Of a stretch of DNA of 11,556 nucleotides, positions 1-7,952 are shown piece after piece. Source of the DNA: Candidatus Heimdallarchaeota archaeon (GTDB lineage Archaea; Asgardarchaeota; Heimdallarchaeia; Hodarchaeales; Hodarchaeaceae); the NCBI GenBank assembly GCA_020353515.1, contig CP070695.1, forward strand, positions 212,948-224,503, in the 5' to 3' direction. The position numbers were made by a program, and so were the translations under genes. The first letter of the stretch is position 1; each line of letters opens with the position of its first letter. The notes beneath the pieces were generated by a model. It ran no database searches and was not told the origin of the DNA. It saw nothing but the letters and a program-made list of their open reading frames with translations.

Positions 1-245
1 CCTATAATTTTATCTATATTTGATGAAATTGTTCCTGGTTCAGGATTAAAGTGGACTTGAATGTTAAAACCAAGTACTTCAAATTCAGCCTCAGAAGGCC
101 AATCATCTATTCCATTCGTTTGAGACCATGGAATAAATAAAATTATCATGATTAAGATCCAGTATATAATTCGACATGACCCCATGACATTTTTTTCGTT
201 GATTATCATGATTTCCTGCCCTTGAATGAAAAACATTTTATTCAT
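1..245 (-). CDS. 5' part of a secreted/membrane-anchored protein (runs off the left edge of the window)
   Basis: Manual translation: MNKMFFIQGQEIMIINEKNVMGSCRIIYWILIMIILFIPWSQTNGIDDWPSEAEFEVLGFNIQVHFNPEPGTISSNIDKIIG..., open to position 1. In-frame TGA upstream at 272-270. Candidate ATGs at 245, 236, 209 and 185. RIIYWILIMIILFIPWSQTNG is a signal-peptide-like stretch. Absent from the ORF track, probably because it has no stop inside the window. Confidence 0.75.
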   Translation of the reverse strand, partial: MNKMFFIQGQEIMIINEKNVMGSCRIIYWILIMIILFIPWSQTNGIDDWPSEAEFEVLGFNIQVHFNPEPGTISSNIDKII

Positions 246-252
246 AATTGAG

Positions 253-272
253 TGAATTATATATGTTATTCA
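253..272. repeat. 20-bp quasi-palindrome TGAATTATATATGTTATTCA, copy 1
   Basis: Identical to 600-619. Arms TGAATTA/TTATTCA flank a TATATG core. Lies immediately upstream of the minus-strand CDS. Confidence 0.9.
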
Positions 273-599
273 GTATTGAACATTCTATTCCATCTATGAT
301 TCCCTTTTTTATTTTGTTTTAATCAGATTTCCTTCAGAGAAATTTCTATTCTCTTGAGAATTTCATCTATATCCGTAGATTTTATTATAAGTGGTGGCAA
401 AAACTTGTTGGTGACCTTATAATTACCACAGTAATCACACCATACGCCATTTTTGATCATTGTTAGGGTGAAATATAATGAGGTGAACTCATCCTTTAAT
501 TTATAGCTTTTTCATCAAAAATAGGGAGGAAGGTTGCTAATCTCGCCATAGAAAAAACATGGAGAGAGTATCTCAAAAATCATTTGATAGATGGTTAAA

Positions 600-619
600 T
601 GAATTATATATGTTATTCA
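600..619. repeat. 20-bp quasi-palindrome TGAATTATATATGTTATTCA, copy 2 (contains TATA-like TTATATAT)
   Basis: Identical to 253-272, same orientation, 347-bp period; the flanks are not homologous. A partial copy AGTGAATTATAT at 673-684 matches 251-262. Confidence 0.9.
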
Positions 620-821
620 ATTCTTCAGGATGCAAATACAAACTGGCAAGTATTAAATAGCTGAATTGACCTAGTGAATTATATTGAGCATGTGACTTTC
701 ATACACAAAAAAAAGAATGTAGGTGGAAGGAAATCCTTTCTTCTATCAATCCCTCATTATGTTAAAGAATTAATTTGGACATAGATTCAGCTTGAATTAG
801 AATGCACCATATTTTTCATTC

Positions 822-3800
822 GTGGTTTTAATATTGATATTAAATCATAAAGGAAGAATAAAAAATCAGATTGGTTGTTCTTTGTCTTTCATTTTCCTAG
901 TACTAATTATTTTTCCCTTTTCGATTAACAAGCGTGTTCCTCTTGATTCAACATCATTGGACAAGGATACAATTATTGAGAGGCTTTTGAATTCAGGGGG
1001 AGGAGTGGGTAGTAGCATTGGAATTGAAATTAAAATTGATACTGTTTATGATGCCACGGATGAATATAATCCTGGTCCGAATGTGGTCTTCATTAATGAT
1101 TCCCATGGATATATGTTCTTCCAAAAAACAAATAATGACAGAGCTGAAATCGTTTACTATAAAACGACGGATAATGGCTCAAGCTGGTCTGGGCCCAAGA
1201 ACATTGATTGTGGCCCTCCCCAGTACACATTCCGAAGCTTTTCATGTTGGTACGACCAATGGACACCTAATAATTCAGGGACAAAGATACACTTTATTGT
1301 TAATGGATTTGATAATGATGAAATGGTCTATAATTATTTAAATACCTCAGATGATAGTACCAACGGAACTTGGACTTCTGTGATGGCTTCTGGTGGTTCA
1401 CATAATGCACCAGACGGTGGAGGAGTGGTTACAGTATCAACAGAGGGTTTTATCTTTGGAGCTTCGTGGATGGCTAATGGACCACAATTTGGAAAATATA
1501 TATCAAGTTGGTCGGATATTACGCCGACTTATCCGTTCTTGGATGACGATGACGACCACGGGCAGCTCTTTCCTTTGAACGGGGGGGATATTCTCAGCCT
1601 GTACGAGGATTCAACAGCTAATACTCTCTATTCTTTTGTATATTATGAAACAACTGATACTTGGGATGCTTCTGCAACTACAGTGACTAATATTACTTCA
1701 GAAAGCTCAATAGGAACTGAAGACGCCAATTGGGGAGCAGTATTAGACCCTTCTACTCATAATGTATACTTATTGTTGAACAATGATATTTTAAACTCTA
1801 GTGGGGATTTAGAAACATGGATTTTCTTTAATAGTAATCGGTCGTGGAGTCGAAAGACTAACGTAGTTACTAACATTGGGACTGATGGGGATGAAGTTAA
1901 ACCTGCTTATGATTATGCCAGTAAAACTTTATTTGCCATTTATGTCAACGGGGATAATATTTTCGTTAAAAACTCAACGGATGGAGGAGGCTCATGGGGA
2001 TCAGCTCTGGAAGTCACCACTGCTAGTCGGGAGTGGAATGTTATTCGGACGAATTTCATTTCAATCAATAGAATTTATGTGATCTATTTTGATGAGGGAA
2101 ACGATGAAGTGTTCGGTAATACTATTGCTGATTTGAAATTAGGACAGGAGAATGCAACTATACAAGTTAATGTCAAAGATTTAGATAATAGGGATGTTCC
2201 GAATGCGCGGGTGAATCTTACAGATTCTGGGAATCCAGTACTAACCTGGATCCAAAATACAACGAGTGGAGGGTATACCATATTCACCAACCTCCCTTTT
2301 AGTTATTATAATATCACAGTTGAGTATGAGGACTCTATAAACGATACATTAACCTTTCTGGAAATAGTGGGAGAAAACCCTTACGAAACTGACCCCCAAT
2401 TTGAATTTACAGTTATTGTCTCTGAATATATAGATAATTTTCTTCCAGTAGTGGAAAATATATACTTTGATAATGATACTAATACCTTCTTTGCTCATGT
2501 TTTTGATGAGAGCGTAATATCTTCTGTGTATCTAAATTTAACTGCGATTAATCTTACTGATGCCATGGTGTGTATTAACCAGACAAAATTTTTAATGGTT
2601 GAACAAACAGAAAATCAATATTATAATGCTACAGCACTCAATACCTTAACTAATAACGATGTCAAGGTATTTTACAATATTATCGCCTCTGATATAGCCA
2701 ACAATACTAGAGTGACCAAGATTCGATCTCTGAATTTACAAGATATCATTCCCCCAACAATCCATGAATATAATGTGACTGATTATGGGAATGGAACACT
2801 TCAATTCTATGCTAATATAACGGACGATTCCAGCTTTATACAGGATCCTGTTGAACTAAAAATCAATGAAAGTCTGGTACTAATGCATCTAAATAGCTCT
2901 GGTTATTGGATCTACTGGACACAGGCTTTCTATGGAAAATCCCTAATTTTTACAATTTATTCAGTCAACGACAGTGTAGGAAATGAGAATGGTTCGAAAG
3001 TTGATTCTCTAATTCCTCCATATAAGGTAATTACTCCTTCAGACAACGTTCCCCCAGTTATTTGGGGAACCACAGACACTTTTAGCAACCATCAAAAGGG
3101 ATACGTAAATTTCTCAACATACATTAACGACTGGAATGACTATCAGAGTGGTGTGAATACTAGCGAAGTTAAAATAATTCTTTCAAAAAATAATCAAAAT
3201 TTAACCTATCTTATGGAGGCTGTAGAAGAAGAAAGATATTATTTTGAATTTACTTTTGAATTTAATGATAATATTACATATTGGATTACTGCAATTGATC
3301 TGGCTGGTAATATAAATCCTGGTTACCGACATAATTTCATCATTGATGATAATAGCATCCCAGACGTAACATTTGAAGCAAGAGAATTTGGAAATAGTAC
3401 AGTAGAATTTACAGCTAAAGTTATAGATTGGCCAAATAATCAGACAACAGTTACTCTTTATTTTACACAAGACTACTTTGGTACATGGATGAATACTTCA
3501 ATGATGAATATCACAGAGAATACATTTACTAAGCGCCTTCAGGACTTTGATTATAACCGATACGACGTCTGGTATTACGTGACTGCCAATGATACGGCGC
3601 ACAACTTATTTGAACCATCTTCTGATCAATTTTCTAAGATTGAATTAACTGATAAAGTATCACCTGAAGTGACATTCACCATTACAAATTCCTCAGAAAA
3701 TGATGGCGAAATCACCATCATTGCGTGGGCTATTGACTCCTATGGAAGGACACTGTACATAAATAACACATTTTATATAAATATAACAACCCCAGAAGGA

Positions 3801-6047
3801 ACGCTTAGATCTGAGATGGAATATGAAGCCTTTAATTATCATTTTTTTACTCAAAGCTTCAAATACAGTGAGCAGGTATCGATTCTAATTTACACGATGG
3901 ATGAAGCAGGTAATTTAGGAAAAATCAACAAAACTATAATTATAGGAGATTTTACTCCGCCTAAAATCGAAAAATGGGGTGTTCAGGAATATCAGACTGG
4001 GATTATTACTATATGGGCTGAGATAATAGAGGGAGTCAATGGAAGTGGGTTACCTACAGATAACTCATCAATTATGCTCGAATATACTTTTATAACAATT
4101 AATGAAGTCCCAATGGTTTGGAATGGTTCGAACAATTTTTTTGAATATACTTTATCAACGTTCAAACCTGGAGACACAATCGTTTTCCGTATTCAAGCTT
4201 CTGACATTATCGGTAACACCAATTCAATTCCATTAGAACTCTTTACCGTTCCTGATACTACACCTCCAGTAATCTATGATTATGGTTATTCAGAGTCGTT
4301 ACTATCAAGTTATGAGTCTACATTAGAATTCTGGGTAAACACCCTTGATCCATTTGGATTGATTACCAATGTAACAATATCTATTTTTAATTTCAATTCA
4401 TCTCAAAGAGAAACAGAAATAATGAATCTTAATGGATCATATTATTACTATACAGCTAGAATCGTATGCACACATATTTTTAATTATAGTATTGTAGTTC
4501 AAGATGGATGGAACGTTGTTACTGTCAGTAACATCAGTTTACAAGCATCTAACTTCCACCCTCCTGAAATTATTGACTTTGGAATGAAGTTTAATCAATC
4601 GGAAAGTCATATAGGACAAGCTCAATTTTATATTGAGATAAATACTACCTTTCAAAATAATGTTAATGTAACTCTCTCTGTATTCGACGAAACAGAAGCT
4701 ATTTGGGTTTTGCATCAATTTCTCTTGAAGGACACGTTCCTGAATACAAGCAACATCGTTTATTACATTTATTTGGAGTTGTCCTATCAGCATATTTTTT
4801 CCTTTACTTTTCATGTAACCGATTACGGTGTTATGGAAGGTTATTATCATTTTGACGACTTTTTTAATTCCAGAATAATGGAGGATAATTGGGGGCCTAT
4901 AATTTATCGGCAGGGAATTGACGATTTTGGTAATGGCACCCTCAGGGTGTGGGCCAACGTCTCTGATTGGGGGTCTGGAGTGGCTGCAGTTTTCCTTGAT
5001 TATTATCCACCAAATACCTCTAAATTTTTGGTGGGCCTCGGGGCGGAATCCCCACTTCAAACAGTCCCTATGCATTTTAATGGAAGCTTTTACATCGGGA
5101 TACTTACTTTTTCTGCAAGTGGAACCTTGAAAGGAGTTATTAGAGCTATAGACCATGCTGGTTTTTCTAGCCATACTATTGATTTATCTGAAGAGCCTTA
5201 TTTCTTTGCTATACGAAAGAACAATATTGAATGGAGTGATATAATCCCGTTATTGATAGTAGTGGGAGTTATCCCAGTTCTACTGATGACTCTTGCTATT
5301 ATGGCTCGGAAGCATCAGCAGAAACGACTAGTAATTCATAAAAGAAAACAAAAAGAAATTCTAGATAAAAGCTCTGACATCTTTTCTTTACGAGCGATTA
5401 TCTGTCGAAATCAGTTTGGACTCGCTTTTTATACCGAAAATTTCATGGGAAGAGATCAAGATGAAGATATAATTGCCGGAGTAACCTCTGCAATGTCCAT
5501 TATGGTTAGTGAAATAGCCCAACAAGAAATAAAGAGTGGGGAATTTGATGTCTTGGAACGAGAGAGATTTAACATTCTTTCTTACCATGGTAAGTATGTC
5601 ATCATAAGTGTGATATCAGAAGAGAAATTGAGTTCCTTCATGAAATCAAAGATAAAGGAGCTGACTTATCAAATTGAAAGTCAGTTTGCTAAGGAAGTAT
5701 TAGAAGGCCCAATTATTGAAGTAAAGGAAAAAATGAGAAAAATAGTATATGAAACGCTCCCTGTGGGATTACTTCAGCTTCTAACTGTCGATCACATGCT
5801 TTTAAAAGAAAAAAAGAAACAATTTAAGAAAAATGAGAGAAAATGGTTTAGATATTTAAACGAAATTCCTTCTTCTATTGATGGACAACAAGCATTTTAC
5901 GCCATGGCATTTATTTCCTCCTTTACTGCTCATGGAATTCCCTTTGTAAAATCGTTTCGTTTTCTTGATCGCTGTTACAACCTCGGTGTTATTCGAAACC
6001 TTTCAGAAGTTGATAGAAGATCTATTGACAAACCTTCAACCACCTAA
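822..6047 (+). CDS. Large single-pass cell-surface glycoprotein/receptor: BNR/Asp-box beta-propeller, carboxypeptidase-regulatory-like domain, nine Ig-like repeats, TM helix, cytoplasmic longin/roadblock-like + winged-helix-like domains
   Basis: 1741-aa ORF, GTG start (TTG 834 possible; in-frame TAG at 798-800). N-terminal basic + hydrophobic segment. Asp-boxes KTTDNGSSW (1161-1187) and NSTDGGGSW (1971-1997). TIQVNVKDLDNRDVPNARVNL...GGYTIFTNLPFSYYNITV is typical of CarboxypepD_reg-like domains. D-x-x-x-P repeat starts recur every ~300 nt. TM IIPLLIVVGVIPVLLMTLAIMA (5241-5306) is followed by basic RKHQQKR. Longin-like pattern LRAIICRNQFGLAFY...DEDIIAGVTSAMSIMVSEI...FNILSYHGKYVIISVISEE. Confidence 0.92.
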   Translation: MVLILILNHKGRIKNQIGCSLSFIFLVLIIFPFSINKRVPLDSTSLDKDTIIERLLNSGGGVGSSIGIEIKIDTVYDATDEYNPGPNVVFINDSHGYMFFQKTNNDRAEIVYYKTTDNGSSWSGPKNIDCGPPQYTFRSFSCWYDQWTPNNSGTKIHFIVNGFDNDEMVYNYLNTSDDSTNGTWTSVMASGGSHNAPDGGGVVTVSTEGFIFGASWMANGPQFGKYISSWSDITPTYPFLDDDDDHGQLFPLNGGDILSLYEDSTANTLYSFVYYETTDTWDASATTVTNITSESSIGTEDANWGAVLDPSTHNVYLLLNNDILNSSGDLETWIFFNSNRSWSRKTNVVTNIGTDGDEVKPAYDYASKTLFAIYVNGDNIFVKNSTDGGGSWGSALEVTTASREWNVIRTNFISINRIYVIYFDEGNDEVFGNTIADLKLGQENATIQVNVKDLDNRDVPNARVNLTDSGNPVLTWIQNTTSGGYTIFTNLPFSYYNITVEYEDSINDTLTFLEIVGENPYETDPQFEFTVIVSEYIDNFLPVVENIYFDNDTNTFFAHVFDESVISSVYLNLTAINLTDAMVCINQTKFLMVEQTENQYYNATALNTLTNNDVKVFYNIIASDIANNTRVTKIRSLNLQDIIPPTIHEYNVTDYGNGTLQFYANITDDSSFIQDPVELKINESLVLMHLNSSGYWIYWTQAFYGKSLIFTIYSVNDSVGNENGSKVDSLIPPYKVITPSDNVPPVIWGTTDTFSNHQKGYVNFSTYINDWNDYQSGVNTSEVKIILSKNNQNLTYLMEAVEEERYYFEFTFEFNDNITYWITAIDLAGNINPGYRHNFIIDDNSIPDVTFEAREFGNSTVEFTAKVIDWPNNQTTVTLYFTQDYFGTWMNTSMMNITENTFTKRLQDFDYNRYDVWYYVTANDTAHNLFEPSSDQFSKIELTDKVSPEVTFTITNSSENDGEITIIAWAIDSYGRTLYINNTFYINITTPEGTLRSEMEYEAFNYHFFTQSFKYSEQVSILIYTMDEAGNLGKINKTIIIGDFTPPKIEKWGVQEYQTGIITIWAEIIEGVNGSGLPTDNSSIMLEYTFITINEVPMVWNGSNNFFEYTLSTFKPGDTIVFRIQASDIIGNTNSIPLELFTVPDTTPPVIYDYGYSESLLSSYESTLEFWVNTLDPFGLITNVTISIFNFNSSQRETEIMNLNGSYYYYTARIVCTHIFNYSIVVQDGWNVVTVSNISLQASNFHPPEIIDFGMKFNQSESHIGQAQFYIEINTTFQNNVNVTLSVFDETEAIWVLHQFLLKDTFLNTSNIVYYIYLELSYQHIFSFTFHVTDYGVMEGYYHFDDFFNSRIMEDNWGPIIYRQGIDDFGNGTLRVWANVSDWGSGVAAVFLDYYPPNTSKFLVGLGAESPLQTVPMHFNGSFYIGILTFSASGTLKGVIRAIDHAGFSSHTIDLSEEPYFFAIRKNNIEWSDIIPLLIVVGVIPVLLMTLAIMARKHQQKRLVIHKRKQKEILDKSSDIFSLRAIICRNQFGLAFYTENFMGRDQDEDIIAGVTSAMSIMVSEIAQQEIKSGEFDVLERERFNILSYHGKYVIISVISEEKLSSFMKSKIKELTYQIESQFAKEVLEGPIIEVKEKMRKIVYETLPVGLLQLLTVDHMLLKEKKKQFKKNERKWFRYLNEIPSSIDGQQAFYAMAFISSFTAHGIPFVKSFRFLDRCYNLGVIRNLSEVDRRSIDKPSTT
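2433..5200 (+). repeat. Nine diverged ~100-aa Ig-like repeats within the 1741-aa CDS
   Basis: Repeat starts DNFLP 2433, DIIPP 2742, DNVPP 3042, DNSIP 3348, DKVSP 3651, DFTPP 3948, DTTPP 4254, NFHPP 4551, DNWGP 4884. Most end in an A-x-D-x-x-G-N-like motif (ASDIANN, VNDSVGN, AIDLAGN, ANDTAHN, TMDEAGN, ASDIIGN, AIDHAGF). The right boundary is approximate. Confidence 0.8.
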
Positions 6048-6156
6048 ATTATTAACTCTTCGGTAATTTAGCCAGGTTTTGCTATTCAGTTGGATTCAAA
6101 CAATTTCCTGATCTCACATTTGAACACGAAATAGGAACTATACAGTCAAGTATGAG

Positions 6157-6164
6157 AAAAAAAA
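6157..6164 (-). terminator. Possible archaeal oligo-T terminator (T8 on minus strand)
   Basis: A8 run on the plus strand ~100 nt past the stop of the 510-aa gene, in the convergent intergenic gap. Confidence 0.3.
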
Positions 6165-6260
6165 TGATAGAGGTGCTTTTAATATATCCCCCAATATTTA
6201 GATTTACTAGTTCAGTATTAGAGGTAGTGTTCAGAATATGTGATTGTTTAGCCATTCAGA

Positions 6261-7793
6261 TTATTTAGAGTTTCGTCTTCTTCTTCTATAGAGGAAAACA
6301 CCTGCAATCAAAAAAGCTATAATAGGAATTATTTCAAACCCTGAAGTACCCTCACCATCACTCCAGTCAGAAGAAAAATCTTCTTCAGTGATAGGTTCTT
6401 CGGGTGTGGTCGTCAGCTCTTCATTTGTGGTAAAGGTTAGATAACTTGAATCGTCAGGATATCGATGAGTATTATCATCGTCAGGTCCAGGAAATTCAAG
6501 ATCGTGAGTAATCTCGAGATAGTATGAATATTCGGAATTGGGAATGAGTCCAGTTAAGGTGATAACATGATTAAGAGACAGTGAGGTAACTTCAGTTGAG
6601 TAAGTTGGCGTACCAACGCCATAATAACATACCACAAAACCTTCTTTATGGAGTGTTAGTGTAATAGTTGCAGAGTTTGTAGTAGATACACTGAGGGTAG
6701 AAACACAACTATGTAGTACGTTCATAAGAGCGGCATATGCTCTTTTGAATTCCTTGATGGCATTGTCGTATTTTCCCTGGCCAATCTTTGTGAGTGCATT
6801 TTCATATTTTTCTTGTGCTTCAATAACGTGTGGATTTTCCTCTCCGACCAACTCAATGGCATCATTCATCGCTTGATCTACTATACATTGAACCAAATCG
6901 ATGAGATTATCAATAACTTCCTGGGTACCAGCACCATCCTCATTTTGGGCATCCATCAGGTCTTCGACTGCGTATCTGATCTTGCGAAATGCACATCCGA
7001 TGAGCTCTCTCTCGAATGCTTCTATCGCCTTTTCAAGATAGTCTATAGCGTCGTTAATTTCATCTTCCGCTTCTGAATTCTCAATATCTTCTAATAAAGC
7101 TATTTGTTCTTCAATATATTCTATTGGTGAGGAACATGTGTCTTCGTCGTCATCATCGAAAGGTGGGGTTGCAGTAGCAATACCTATATTTCCAGCGTCA
7201 TCTACAGCTGTAACTTTGAGTAAATCAGTAACCATTGAAATAGGCTCTCCTTCAAAATTCGTTAGTTCTATTTTCCCTGTTTGGGGTTCCAATAGCTCTA
7301 TCTCTACTTTGTCATCTTTCAGCTCGATCTGCAGAAGCTGACCATTATCTACTACTAGTCCCCCAAGATCTATGAGATCGTTCAAGATTTTTTCTGAATC
7401 AGGACCTTCTATTTCTATTTCTTCATCATCATAATTGACTTCTATTTTGATCTCAGATGGATCATTTTCCCATTCAGCCCAATCAAGCCAACCTTCTGGT
7501 AAGAAGATCTGGAGAATCGCGGTGATCTCGGGTTCAGGATCATTATCAGTTACAGTGAAATAAATAACGAATATTCCTTCCATGCTTTCCACATGGGTTG
7601 GAATGAAAGCTGCTTCGACTAATGGGTCAGTAATGTCACCCTCCTCCCCAGTCACCCCTAGGTCGATGTCTAAACGGTCACTAAGAGGAATCAATCCAGA
7701 AAGAAGCGATCCAGAAACAGCTACAAGTAATAAAATGGATGGTATGACAAGTATCAGAATACAACTCAGTTGAATTTCAGTGATTTTTTTCAT
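6261..7793 (-). CDS. Acidic cell-surface protein with PGF-CTERM-like (SGF variant) sorting signal; Ig-like domain, helical-bundle region, FN3-like domain
   Basis: 510 aa. Signal peptide MKKITEIQLSCILILVIPSILLLVAVSG. Ig-like DITDPLV...LKVTAVDDAGN. Two Cys-bracketed amphipathic helical units. FN3/purple-acid-phosphatase-N-like STTNSATITL...YGVGT...HVITLTGLIPNSEYSYYLE. Thr/Glu-rich linker, then TSGFE-IIPIIAFLIAGVFLY-RRRRR. SD-like GGAGTG upstream. Confidence 0.9.
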   Translation of the reverse strand: MKKITEIQLSCILILVIPSILLLVAVSGSLLSGLIPLSDRLDIDLGVTGEEGDITDPLVEAAFIPTHVESMEGIFVIYFTVTDNDPEPEITAILQIFLPEGWLDWAEWENDPSEIKIEVNYDDEEIEIEGPDSEKILNDLIDLGGLVVDNGQLLQIELKDDKVEIELLEPQTGKIELTNFEGEPISMVTDLLKVTAVDDAGNIGIATATPPFDDDDEDTCSSPIEYIEEQIALLEDIENSEAEDEINDAIDYLEKAIEAFERELIGCAFRKIRYAVEDLMDAQNEDGAGTQEVIDNLIDLVQCIVDQAMNDAIELVGEENPHVIEAQEKYENALTKIGQGKYDNAIKEFKRAYAALMNVLHSCVSTLSVSTTNSATITLTLHKEGFVVCYYGVGTPTYSTEVTSLSLNHVITLTGLIPNSEYSYYLEITHDLEFPGPDDDNTHRYPDDSSYLTFTTNEELTTTPEEPITEEDFSSDWSDGEGTSGFEIIPIIAFLIAGVFLYRRRRRNSK

Positions 7794-7912
7794 TTGTAAT
7801 CTGACACTCCATATCTGTCTACAGGGTTGGTTTTTTGTTGGTGATTTCTATTATTTTTTTTCCTATTTTTGGTTGAAGATCATTTTTTTTATCGAATTTT
7901 GGTAACCTCATG

Positions 7913-7950
7913 AAAAAAAGTGGAAAGGAATAGAAATAGCATAAAGCTAC
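7913..7950 (-). terminator. Pyrimidine-rich tract ending in T7 after the 215-aa gene
   Basis: The minus strand reads GTAGCTTTATGCTATTTCTATTCCTTTCCACTTTTTTT directly after the TAG stop, consistent with archaeal oligo-T termination. Confidence 0.45.
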
Positions 7951-7952
7951 CT

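Noticed and set aside
384-423. Inverted repeat ATTATAAG...CTTATAAT as an ncRNA or MITE end
   Set aside because: Only 8 bp, AT-rich, weak interior pairing and no target-site duplication.
253-684. CRISPR array from the 20-bp repeat
   Set aside because: Only two full copies, 327 bp apart; no regular 30-45-nt spacers and no cas genes.
1018-5588. Alternative-frame and antisense ORFs inside the 1741-aa gene (including 4539-5174 minus, 211 aa)
   Set aside because: Fully overlapped by a long gene with coherent domain structure; the translations have no recognisable motifs. They are shadow ORFs.
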